Source: Phyllobates terribilis (lineage: Eukaryota). Taken from it: 64,000 nt of DNA. The stretch's first letter is position 1, and every line of letters starts with the position of its first letter. Location of the stretch: contig NW_027362764.1 in assembly GCF_046119375.1 (NCBI RefSeq), positions 151,404,001-151,468,000 of the forward strand. The letters run 5' to 3'. Below the pieces are notes generated by a model. The model was not told the origin of the DNA and did not search any database. It was given only the letters and a program-made list of their open reading frames with translations. A program made the position numbers and the translations under genes. Shown here piece after piece: positions 13,163-23,108 of this stretch.

Positions 13163-13428
13163 TAATTTGAATGAATACACTTTAAATCCATTTACAAGGA
13201 TCTATTGGAGGGCAAGTCTCATGCCAGCAGCCGCGTAATTCCAGCTCCAGTAGCGTCCACTAAAGCTGCTGCAGTTAAAAAGCTTTTATAAGGATCGAGC
13301 TCGGTCGTCCACCGCAAGGCATCCTACTGCCAGTCCCAGCCCCTATGCTTTGGGGTGCCTCCTGATGCTCTTCACTGAGTATCCCGTGGTCCCGAAGCAT
13401 TTCCTTTGAAAAAATTAAGTGTCAAAAC
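13163..13428 (+). pseudogene. 18S rRNA fragment (helix 17-18 region into V4) carried in the hAT, copy A
   Basis: ACACTTTAAATCC..GGATCTATTGGAGGGCAAGTCT..TGCCAGCAGCCGCG-TAATTCCAGCTCCA..GCTGCAGTTAAAAAGCT, then GGATCGAGCT..GTCCCAGCCCCT..GATGCTCTT.ACTGAGT.TCCCG..CCCGAAGC.TTT.CTTTGAAAAAATTA. Matches recalled vertebrate 18S at roughly 80-90%. Confidence 0.9.
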
Positions 13429-13538
13429 TACAGGTGGTGTAGCTTGCTTAACAGCCGGGATAATCCGCTGACTAGCAGACACTGCTACTAGGCACAAAGT
13501 ATTTCCTGGGCTAGATGCAGTTAAAAATTTGTAATTAG

Positions 13539-15360
13539 ATACTCTCGTTGGATGCTGAGAAAGCATTCCATAGAGTCTCCTGGCACGCCATATATGATTC
13601 TCTTAAAAAGCTTGGGGTAGGGGTCTAGGGGACCCTTTTATAGCCAAAATCACGGCACTGTATCGCAATACGTCACCTAGGCTGAAGATAAATGGAACTG
13701 TATTACCCTGAGGGCTCGGTTGCTACAGAGGTATTGCACCTCACCCAGAGGTGTGATATCTCACTCTCAGGTAAGGATGGAGTGTGGATCAGGACCCGAC
13801 ACCTGCATGCATTACACCACATTGCCGTGGGGCAGGGCGACCAATATGCCCCTGAGATGGGCACGACAGTCCCTGTCCCTGGCTGGAGTGGGGGGAGGGA
13901 ACACTGAGGAAGGGGAACCCTGTAGTGCAGGAGCAGGGAGGAAGCAGTTACTGGGTGCATTGAGAAGGGAGTATAAAAGTTGGGCACCATCTTAGTTCAG
14001 TGCAGAGAAGTCTGAGCAGAAGTGGCAGGGAGCAGGGGCTCTGCATGAGCTCTGCTCCGGAGGCGGGCCTAGTAACAGAGGCCCAGGCCTGGAAGAGGGA
14101 GAAGGAAGGAAGAGGAGCGGAGAAGGCTCCAGGAACGAGGAACGAAGGGATCCTAGCGGTGCGGACGGGCGAGTCGCCACCGCACGCCCGAATCCACCTG
14201 CGTGGAGGGGTCAGGCCAAAGGGGGAGACCGGTTCCCGAAACTAGTGGAGGCAGGAAACGACCCTCAGCTAGAAACAGGAGGCTGTGACATTTTATGTGG
14301 CGCAGCCCCTCGCTACACCCGCTAGGAAGGCACCAGGGTCAGGGAAACTGGCGCCAAGTTTACCAAGAGGAGGCATGAGGCAGCCGGACAGAAGGGTTGG
14401 TAAGAAAGACCAGACAAAGGACACACAAAGGGGGTCCTGTGAAGCGCTCCAAAGTTATCTGGGAGTTGTCTGAGCCCCTCACCTGGTGAGCACAGTACGA
14501 AGTGGGCAGCCGTTACCTGCAGACTTGGTCTGGATAATAAGAACTGTGAGTAAAGGCCCTGGACTGCATCACTGACTCCGTGTCATTACAGCTGCTGCCC
14601 TGCACCATCACCCCCATCCTCCGCATACACTGCCCTGAGGCTATACTCCTCCCGTGGGGAGTTATGCTACGCTCTGCTGCACCCACAACACCAGCCTCAG
14701 CGGTCTGCCCTGGAGCGGCGGTTCACTCTGACCGCAATCCACGGGTGGCGTAGTCGGACATTTAAACATCAAAACCACATAAATAGTTCCGCCACTGGTT
14801 TGACCGCCCTGAGCCACGGAACCGGGTGGCCGCCACGGAGACTACAACCACCAGCATCCACCAAAAAGGGTCCGGCTCCGGGTGTCCCAAGGCCCAGGGG
14901 GCGCGTCAGAACATTTTCATCACCTTTCACAATCACCAATGGGACAAGGCAGGGATGTTCTCTGTCCCCTCTCTTATACATCCTAGTGACGGAGCACCTG
15001 CTCTCATCAATTCGCCATAACCCCAATATTAGGTGGATTGAGGTGGGAGGCACCGAGTACAAGTGCTCTCTATTTGCTGATGATGTCCTAGTATATATCA
15101 CTCAATCACATATATCCATCCATGCTGTTATGGCTGAAATAGATCACTTTGTTACATGGTTAAATTTTAAAATCAATGCAGCGAAGTCTGAGGCCCTCGA
15201 TGTCTCCCTCCCCAAATCCTTATAGGATTCCATCCAGTCCAACTTTCCCTTTGCCTGGCCCTCACAGGGTATCAAATACTTAGGAATTCCTATTCATAGA
15301 GACCTCTCCCATCTATGTTATCTTAATTTTGGGCCCTTTATTGAACAACTCCATACAGAC
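13539..15360 (+). pseudogene. L1 ORF2 reverse-transcriptase fragment interrupted by a solo LTR, copy A
   Basis: ILSLDAEKAFHRVSW..GLGDPFIAKITALY..KING, then the LTR, then TFSSPFTITNGTRQGCSLSPLLY..SLFADDVLVY..KINAAKSE..IKYLGI. Confidence 0.9.
13699..14908 (+). mobile_element. Solo LTR (1210 bp) inside the L1 fragment, copy A
   Basis: TGTA..GTCA termini, 4-bp TSD GAAC at 13695-98 and 14909-12, TATAAAA near 13972. Confidence 0.9.
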
Positions 15361-15430
15361 CACGGTTGGCAAGTTAGAACTGTAAGATTCACTACGTGAA
15401 CCACTGATGTTTTGTGGAAAAGCACATGTA

Positions 15431-16800
15431 CACTGTGTTCCAAATTATTATGCAAAAAGTGTTTAGGAGTGATAAGGGAAGAATTTGTTTGTTTGTCAGT
15501 TAAACTCATTGATGGTGATGTGTGTCAGGGCTCTTTATATCACTGTAAGCAATTGCAGACACCTGTGCTAATTAGTTTGGCAGGTGTGTCCAATGAAAGG
15601 CAAGACTACTTAAGAAGGCTGTCTCACATTATTAAGCAGCCTACATTTTCTGCCAAAATGGGAAAGAAAAAGGATGTGTCGGCTGCTGAGAAGCAACAAA
15701 TTGTGGAGTGTTTAGGTCAAGGCATGACTACAATCAACATTGTGCGATGATCAGGATGAAGTGTCTTGGCAATCAAGAAGTATGTAGCTGATTCACAGTA
15801 CACACGTGTGCGTGCTGATAAGGGCAAATTGAGGACTCTTTCCTACAGGCAATTATGTCAGGTTAAAAGAGCAGCGGCAAAAAAGCCTTGTCATAGCAGC
15901 AGACAAGTTTTTGAAGCTGCTGGTGCCTCCAACGTCCCCCGAACAACAAGATGCAGGGTCCTTCAGAGGTTTGCAGCTGTGCATACGCCATCCTGTCGAC
16001 CTCCTCTATCCACTTCACACAAGCAGAAACGGCTCCAGTGGGCCAAACATTACATGAAGACTGATTTCAAAACTGTTTTGTTCATGGATGAGTGCCGTGC
16101 AGCGCTCGATGGTCCAGATGGATGGAGTGGAGGATGGCTGGTTGATGGACACCCCACGCAAACACGGCTACAGCGCCAACAAGGAGGAGGTGGAGTAATG
16201 TTTTGGGCTGGAATCATGGGGAGAGAGATTGTCGGCCCCTTTAGGATCCCTGAAGGCGCTAAAGATGAACTCCATAATGTATGTGGATTTTCTCAAACAG
16301 CACTTCCTGCCATGGTTCAAGAAGAAGAACCGTGTATTTCACAGCAAGATCATTTTTCTGCATGATAATGCACCATGTCATGCTGCACATAAAACATCTG
16401 CATCTTTGGCTGATATGGGCATAAAAGGGGACAAACTTATGGTGTGACCCCCATGCTCCCCTGACCTCTACCCCATTCAGAACCTCTGGAGCATCATCAA
16501 AAGGAGTGTCTATGATGGTGGGAGGCAGTTCACATCTAAGCAACAGCTCTGGGAGGGTATTCTGTCCTCATGCAAAACAATTGAAGCAGAAACCATCCAA
16601 AACCTGACAAATTCAATGGACGAGAGAGTTCAGAAGCTCCTTTCGAACAAGGGGTCCTATGTGAAAATGTAACATCACCTAGAATAAAGTTTTGAGTTGA
16701 AAACTGTTTGATTTCAGTTTCTAATAACCTGCTAATGCTTATAATTTCAAAAATGGCCATTTTTTTGGTCTTTATTAAAATGAAAAGGTTGATCGAAAAG
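15431..16800 (+). mobile_element. 3'-truncated DD37E (TRT-type) Tc1/mariner with decayed transposase (15658-16672), copy A
   Basis: TA then TIR CACTGTGTTCCAAATTATTATGCA. MGKKKDV start, LFMDECRAALDGPDGW, and 37 residues from HD(NAP) to the former E (now Q). Frameshifts and stops. Inserted at a TA within a hAT transposase fragment. Confidence 0.88.
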
Positions 16801-17239
16801 TTTGGGGGATCTAAGAGTGTGGCAACCCAGTAGTCATGATTACTTCGAATTCTGACAATATGAGGATCATGTTGCAGGTAGTGCAGCAAGAAGGCACTTA
16901 TGTGTCTTGCGCATCTCGGAGCCCCAAAATTATTTTCCGGGCTAGATGCAGCTAAAAATTATTATTAATTTTAAATCTGGTGGAGCTTAGTATAGATGGC
17001 CTAATAGGATCAGTGCTGCACACTTCTACAAAGCCCAAATTATTTTCCAGCCAAGATACAGATAAACATGATTAGTAATTTTAAATCTGGTGGAGCTTAT
17101 TATAGATGGACTAATAGAATCAGTGCTGCACACTGCTACAAAGCCCAAATTATTTTCCAGCCAAAATACAGATAAACATGATTAGTAATTTGAAAGCTTA
17201 AAACGGTTGGTAGGGAGATTTTAACCAATCATCCATCTT

Positions 17240-18904
17240 TTACTCTCCCCAGGATGACACACGGGTAGAAAAGTCGTTTCGGATCCATGATTTGTTCATA
17301 TTTATGAACGTGAGTCTGTCTACATTATCAGTGGAGAGCCGCGTGCGCTTATCTGTCAGCACACCACCAGCAGCGCTGAACACACGTTCAGACAGAACGC
17401 TGGCTGCGGGGCATGACAAGATCTCCAAGGTGTAAGTGGCTAGCTCCGGCCATTTATCCAGATTGGAAGCCCAAAAAGAGCAAGGGTCCAGTGACACAGT
17501 CATGGCTTCAATGTTTACTTGGAGATACTCCTGTACCATCGTCTCTAGGCGTTGACTATGTGTCAGACTTCTTATCTCCTGTGGCCTTGCAAAGGATGGG
17601 CTAAAAAAGTGGTGAAATGATTGCGCAAAATTGATGTTACCAGCAGATACTGTGGTTCTGTTATGGTTTGAGTGCTGAACACTTGACGGTCCCACGGTTG
17701 GCAAGTTGGAACTGTGAGATTCACTACGTGCACCACTGGTGTTTTGTGGAAAAGCACATGTAAGATTCTGCAACAGTCTCTGCTGATACTCCTGCATGCG
17801 TGCATCCCTTTCTATGGCAGGAATAATTTCTGTAAATTTACTTTTGTACCGGGGATCTAACAGTGTGGCAACCCAGTAGTCAGGATTATTTCTAATTCTC
17901 ACAATTCGAGGGTCATGTTGCAGGTAGTGCAGCAAGAAGGCACTCATGTGTGTTGCGCATCCAGGAGCACTAAGTCCCTGTTGTGTTGGTGGCGAGGTAA
18001 CAATCATGCTTCCTTCCTCTGTCCTCTCCCCCCAACCTCGCACAACAGAAATGTGATCAAGGTCTCCCTCATCTGATGAGTCTTCCATCAGTTCGTCCTC
18101 CACTTCTTCCTGGGCTCCTGCACCTTCCTCACTAGTTTGGCTGCTACCATGCGCCCTGGTAAAACCATCTCCCCCACCCTCACATGCCTGCCGCCTTGGT
18201 GCTGCCGACCGTCTGGACCTTGCAGATGTTAGCCCTTCCGCATACAACTCCTCCTCCTCTACTTCCTCCACCTCCTCTTGTGCCACCACCTGACTCCGAA
18301 TTCTGTTTAACATGTGCTCCAGCATGTAAATCACCAGAATAGTCATGCTGATAATGGCATCGTCAGCACTAAACATCTTTGTCGCCATTTCAAAACTGTG
18401 CAGAAGGGTGCATAGGTCCCTGATCTGAGACCACTCCTCCAGCGTGATTTGTCCCACGTCTGGACCTCGTTGGCCCAGGCTATACGTCAGAACGTATTGC
18501 ACCAGGGCTTGTCGGTGATGCCACAGTCGCTGCAACATGTGCAGAGTTGAATTCCACCGGGTAGGCACATCGCATTTTAGCCGGTGAAGTGGCAGGCCCA
18601 ACGACTTCTGTAGAGATCTGAGTCGCTGAGCTGCGGGATGCGAACGGCGGAAGTGAGCACACAGCGACCGTGCCCTCTGCAGAAGGCCATCTAGTCTGGG
18701 ATAGTGGGCTAAAAATTGCTGGACAACCAGGTTCAACACGTGAGCCATACAAGGCACGTGTGTGACATTGCCCCGGCGAAGGGCCGCACCCAGGTTTGCA
18801 GCATTGTCGCACACGGCCTTCCCTGGTTTCAGGTCCAGTGGAGACAACCATTCATGAAATTGGTTCTCCAGAGCTGACCACAACTCCTCAGCTGTGTGAC
18901 TCAC
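17240..18904 (-). CDS. C-terminal half of the hAT transposase (554 aa open frame) with catalytic E and dimerisation domain
   Basis: AVCDNAANL, CMAHVLNL (CxxH), PTRWNS, YWVATLLDPRYK, WPELATYTLEILSCPAASVLSERVFS..RTRLS. Upstream TAG near 18921 and truncation at 18972 by a second hAT end. Confidence 0.92.
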   Translation of the reverse strand: MSHTAEELWSALENQFHEWLSPLDLKPGKAVCDNAANLGAALRRGNVTHVPCMAHVLNLVVQQFLAHYPRLDGLLQRARSLCAHFRRSHPAAQRLRSLQKSLGLPLHRLKCDVPTRWNSTLHMLQRLWHHRQALVQYVLTYSLGQRGPDVGQITLEEWSQIRDLCTLLHSFEMATKMFSADDAIISMTILVIYMLEHMLNRIRSQVVAQEEVEEVEEEELYAEGLTSARSRRSAAPRRQACEGGGDGFTRAHGSSQTSEEGAGAQEEVEDELMEDSSDEGDLDHISVVRGWGERTEEGSMIVTSPPTQQGLSAPGCATHMSAFLLHYLQHDPRIVRIRNNPDYWVATLLDPRYKSKFTEIIPAIERDARMQEYQQRLLQNLTCAFPQNTSGARSESHSSNLPTVGPSSVQHSNHNRTTVSAGNINFAQSFHHFFSPSFARPQEIRSLTHSQRLETMVQEYLQVNIEAMTVSLDPCSFWASNLDKWPELATYTLEILSCPAASVLSERVFSAAGGVLTDKRTRLSTDNVDRLTFINMNKSWIRNDFSTRVSSWGE

Positions 18905-19466
18905 ATTTCCCAGACATTTCTAAGTAAAAACCGCCTGATGACGTTGAGCCCTACTGCCAGCATAGTAAGGAGTAGTGTTGAGCCACCCCCGTAGTGTTCG
19001 AGTTCGGTTCGGTTCGTCGAATACCCGTGTGTTCGCCGAACTGTTCGTCGAACACCTTCGAACACCGTTAAAACCAATGGCAGGCAAACAAAAACACATA
19101 GAAACACATAGAAAACACCTTCAAAGGTGTCCAAAAGCTGACAAACTGCTTAGAAGACACAACTAACACATGGAAAAGTGACAAGTACATATAGTCATGC
19201 GAAAAGAAAAGAGTTGGAGGAGTAAAAGGAGGGGGAGACACAGATATAGGCATGTCATGACCTTCTAAAATCCAAAAAGTGAGAAGCCGACACGTTCAGT
19301 CCGCTCCTGCCCGTGCCACCTCCGCGTCGCCGGGTTTGTGCCAGAGCCGCGGTGAACCCTGACGGCCAGCCCCCCTCTCCCAATACTGGTGCCTGTCCGC
19401 TGGTGGGTCGAGCGAGCCCCCCTGTGGTGGAGGCAGCTCTAAGCTTTTTAATTTAAATTGTCTCTC

Positions 19467-19731
19467 TAATTTGAATGAATACACTTTAAATCCATTTACA
19501 AGGATCTATTGGAGGGCAAGTCTCATGCCAGCAGCCGCGTAATTCCAGCTCCAGTAGCGTCCACTAAAGCTGCTGCAGTTAAAAAGTTTTAAAAGGATCG
19601 AGCTCGGCTGTCCACCGCAAGGCATCCTACTGCCAGTCCCAGCCCCTATGCCTTGGGGTGCCTCCTGATGCTCTTCACTGAGTATCCCGTGGTCCCGAAG
19701 CATTTCCTTTGAAAAAATTAAGTGTACAAAC
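19467..19731 (+). pseudogene. 18S rRNA fragment, copy B
   Basis: Near-identical to 13163-13428. Confidence 0.9.
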
Positions 19732-19841
19732 TACAGGTGGTGTAGCTTGCTTAACAGCCGGGATAATCCGCTGACTAGCAGACACTGCTACTAGGCACAA
19801 AGTATTTCCTGGGCTAGATGCAGTTAAAAATTTGTAATTAG

Positions 19842-21668
19842 ATACTCTCGTTGGATGCTGAGAAAGCATTCCATAGAGTCTCCTGGCACGCCATATATTG
19901 ATTCTCTTAAAAAGCTTGGGGTAGGGGTCTAGGGGACCCTTTTATAGCCAAAATCACGGCCCTGTATCGCAATACGTCACCTAGGCTGAAGATAAATGGA
20001 ACTGTAGCACCCTGAGGGCTCGGTTGCTACAGAGGTATTGCAACTCACCCAGAGGTGTGATATCTCACTCTCAGGTAAGGATGTAGTGTGGATCAGGACC
20101 CGACACCTGCATGCATTACACCACATTGCCGTGGGGCAGGGCGACCAATATGCCCCTGAGATGGGCACGACAGTCCCTGTCCCTGGCTGGAGTGGGGGGA
20201 GGGAACACTGAGGAAGGGGAACCCTGTAGTGCAGGAGCAGGGAGGAAGCAGTTCCTGGGTGCATTGAGAAGGGAGTATAAAAGGTGGGCACCATGTTAGT
20301 TCAGTGCAGAGAAGTCTGAGCAGAAGTGGCAGGGAGCAGGGGCTCTGCATGAGCTCTGCTCCGGAGGTGGGCCTAGTAACAGAGGCCCAGGCCTGGAAGA
20401 GGGAGAAGGAAGGAAGAGGAGCGGAGAAGACTCCAGGAACGAGGAACGAAGGGATCTCAGGGGTGCGGACGGGCGAGTCGCCACCGCACGCCCGAATCCA
20501 CCTGCGTGGAGGGGTCAGGCCAAAGGGGGAGACCGGTCCCCGAAACTAGTGGAGGCAGGAAACGACCCTCAGCTAGAAACAGGAGGCTGTGACATTTTAT
20601 GTGGCGCAGCCCCTCGCTACACCCGCTAGGAAGGCACCACATAGGGTCAGGGAAACTGGCGCCAAGTTTACCAAGAGGAGGCCCGAGGCAGCCGGACAGA
20701 AGGGTTGGTAAGAAAAGCCAGACAAAGGACACACAAAGGGGGTCCTGTGAAGCACTCCAAAGTTATCTGGGAGTTGTCTGAGCCCCTCACCTGGTGAGCA
20801 CAGTACGACGTGGGCAGCCGTTACCTGCAGACGTGGTCTGGATAATAAGAACTGTGAGTAAAGGCCCTGGACTGCATCACTGACTCCGTGTCATTACTGC
20901 TGCTGCCCTGCACCATCACCCCCATCCTCCGCATACACTGCCCTGAGGCTATACTCCTCCCGTGGGGAGTTATGCTACGCTCTGCTGCACCCACAACACC
21001 AGCCTCAGCGGTTTGCCCTGGAGCGGCGGTTCACTCTGACCGCAATCCACGGGTGGCGTAGTCGGACATTTAAACATCAAAACCACATAAATAGTTCCGC
21101 CACTGGTTTGACTGCCCTGAGCCACGGAACCGGGTTGCCGCCACGGAGACTACAACCACCAGCATCCACCAAAAAGGGTCCGGCTCCGGGTGTCCCAAGG
21201 CCCAGGGGGCGCGTCAGAACATTTTCATCACCTTTCACAATCATCAATGGGACAAGGCAGGGATGTTCTCTGTCCCCTCTCTTATACATCCTAGTGACGG
21301 AGCACCTGCTCTCATCAATTCGCCATAACCCCAATATTAGGTGGATTGAGGTGGGAGGCACCGAGTACAAGTGTTCTCTATTTGCTGATGATGTCCTAGT
21401 ATATATCACTCAATCACATATATCCATCCATGCTGTTATGGCTGAAATAGATCACTTTGTTACATGGTCAAATTTTAAAATCAATGCAGCGAAGTCTGAG
21501 GCCCTCGATGTCTCCCTCCCAAAATTCATATAGGATTCCATCCAGTCCAACTTTCCCTTTGCCTGGCCCTCACAGGGTATCAAATACTTAGGAATTCCTA
21601 TTCATAGAGACCTCTCCCATCTATGTTATCTTAATTTTGGGCCCTTTATTGAACAACTCCATACAGAC
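19842..21668 (+). pseudogene. L1 RT fragment interrupted by a solo LTR, copy B
   Basis: Same peptide motifs and breakpoints as 13539-15360 (ORF 21108-21533 includes NGTRQGC and FADD). Confidence 0.9.
20003..21216 (+). mobile_element. Solo LTR, copy B
   Basis: TGTAGCACC..GCGCGTCA with TSD GAAC at 19999-20002 and 21217-20. Confidence 0.9.
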
Positions 21669-21738
21669 CACGGTTGGCAAGTTAGAACTGTAAGATTCAC
21701 TACGTGAACCACTGGTGTTTTGTGGAAAAGCACATGTA

Positions 21739-23108
21739 CACTGTGTTCCAAATTATTATGCAAAAAGTGTTTAGGAGTGATAAGGGAAGAATTTGTTTGT
21801 TTGTCAGTTAAACTCATTGATGGTGATGTGTGTCAGGGCTCTTTATATCACTGTAAGCAATTGCAGACACCTGTGCTAATTAGTTTGGCAGGTGTGTCCA
21901 ATGAAAGGCAAGACTACTTAAGAAGGCTGTCTCACATTATTAAGCAGCCTACATTTTCTGCCAAAATGGGAAAGAAAAAGGATGTGTCGGCTGCTGAGAA
22001 GCAACAAATTGTGGAGTGTTTAGGTCAAGGCATGACTACAATCAACATTGTGCGATGATCAGGATGAAGTGTCTTGGCAATCAAGAAGTATGTAGCTGAT
22101 TCACAGTACACACGTGTGCGTGCTGATAAGGGCAAATTGAGGACTCTTTCCTACAGGCAATTACGTCAGGTTGAAAGAGCAGCGGCAAAAAAGCCTTGTC
22201 ATAGCAGCAGACAAGTTTTTGAAGCTGCTTGTGCCTCCAACGTCCCCCGAACAACAAGATGCAGGGTCCTTCAGAGGTTTGCAGCTGTGCATACGCCATC
22301 CTGTCGACCTCCTCTATCCACTTCACACAAGCAGAAACGGCTCCAGTGGGCCAAACATTACATGAAGACTGATTTCAAAACTGTTTTGTTCACGGATGAG
22401 TGCCATGCAGCGCTCGATGGTCCAGATGGATGGAGTGGAGGATGACTGGTTGATGGACACCCCACGCAAACACGGCTACAGCGCAAACAAGGAGGAGGTG
22501 GAGTAATGTTTTGGGCTGGAATCATGGGGAGAGAGATTGTCGGCCCCTTTAGGATCCCTGAAGGCGCTAAAGATGAACTCCATAATGTATGTGGATTTTC
22601 TCAAACAGCACTTCCTGCCATGGTTCAAGAAGAAGAACCGTGTATTTCACAGCAAGATCATTTTTCTGCATGATAATGCACCATCTCATGCTGCACATAA
22701 AACATCTGCATCTCTGGCTGATATGGGCATAAAAGGGGACAAACTTATGGTGTGACCCCCATGCTCCCCTGACCTCTACCCCATTCAGAACCTTTGGAGC
22801 ATCATTTAAAGGAGTGTCTATGATGGCGGGAGGCAGTTCACATCTAAGCAACAGCTCTGGGAGGGTATTCTGTCCTCATGCAAAACAATTGAAGCAGAAA
22901 CCATCCAAAACCTGACAAATTCAATGGACGAGAGAGTTCAGAAGCTCCTTTCGAACAAGGGGTCCTATGTGAAAATGTAACATCACCTAGAATAAAGTTT
23001 TGAGTTGAAAACTGTTTGATTTCAGTTTCTAACAACCTGCTAATGCTTATAATTTCAAAAATGACCATTTTTTTGGTCTTTATTAAAATTAAAAGGTTGA
23101 TCGAAAAG
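21739..23108 (+). mobile_element. 3'-truncated DD37E (TRT-type) Tc1, copy B (decayed transposase 21966-22980)
   Basis: Same TIR, TA site and truncation point as 15431-16800. Confidence 0.88.

Noticed and set aside
13163-13428. Functional 18S rRNA gene or rDNA array
   Set aside because: Only about 265 bp, with substitutions and a deletion in invariant positions, no ITS, 5.8S or 28S, and embedded in a transposon.
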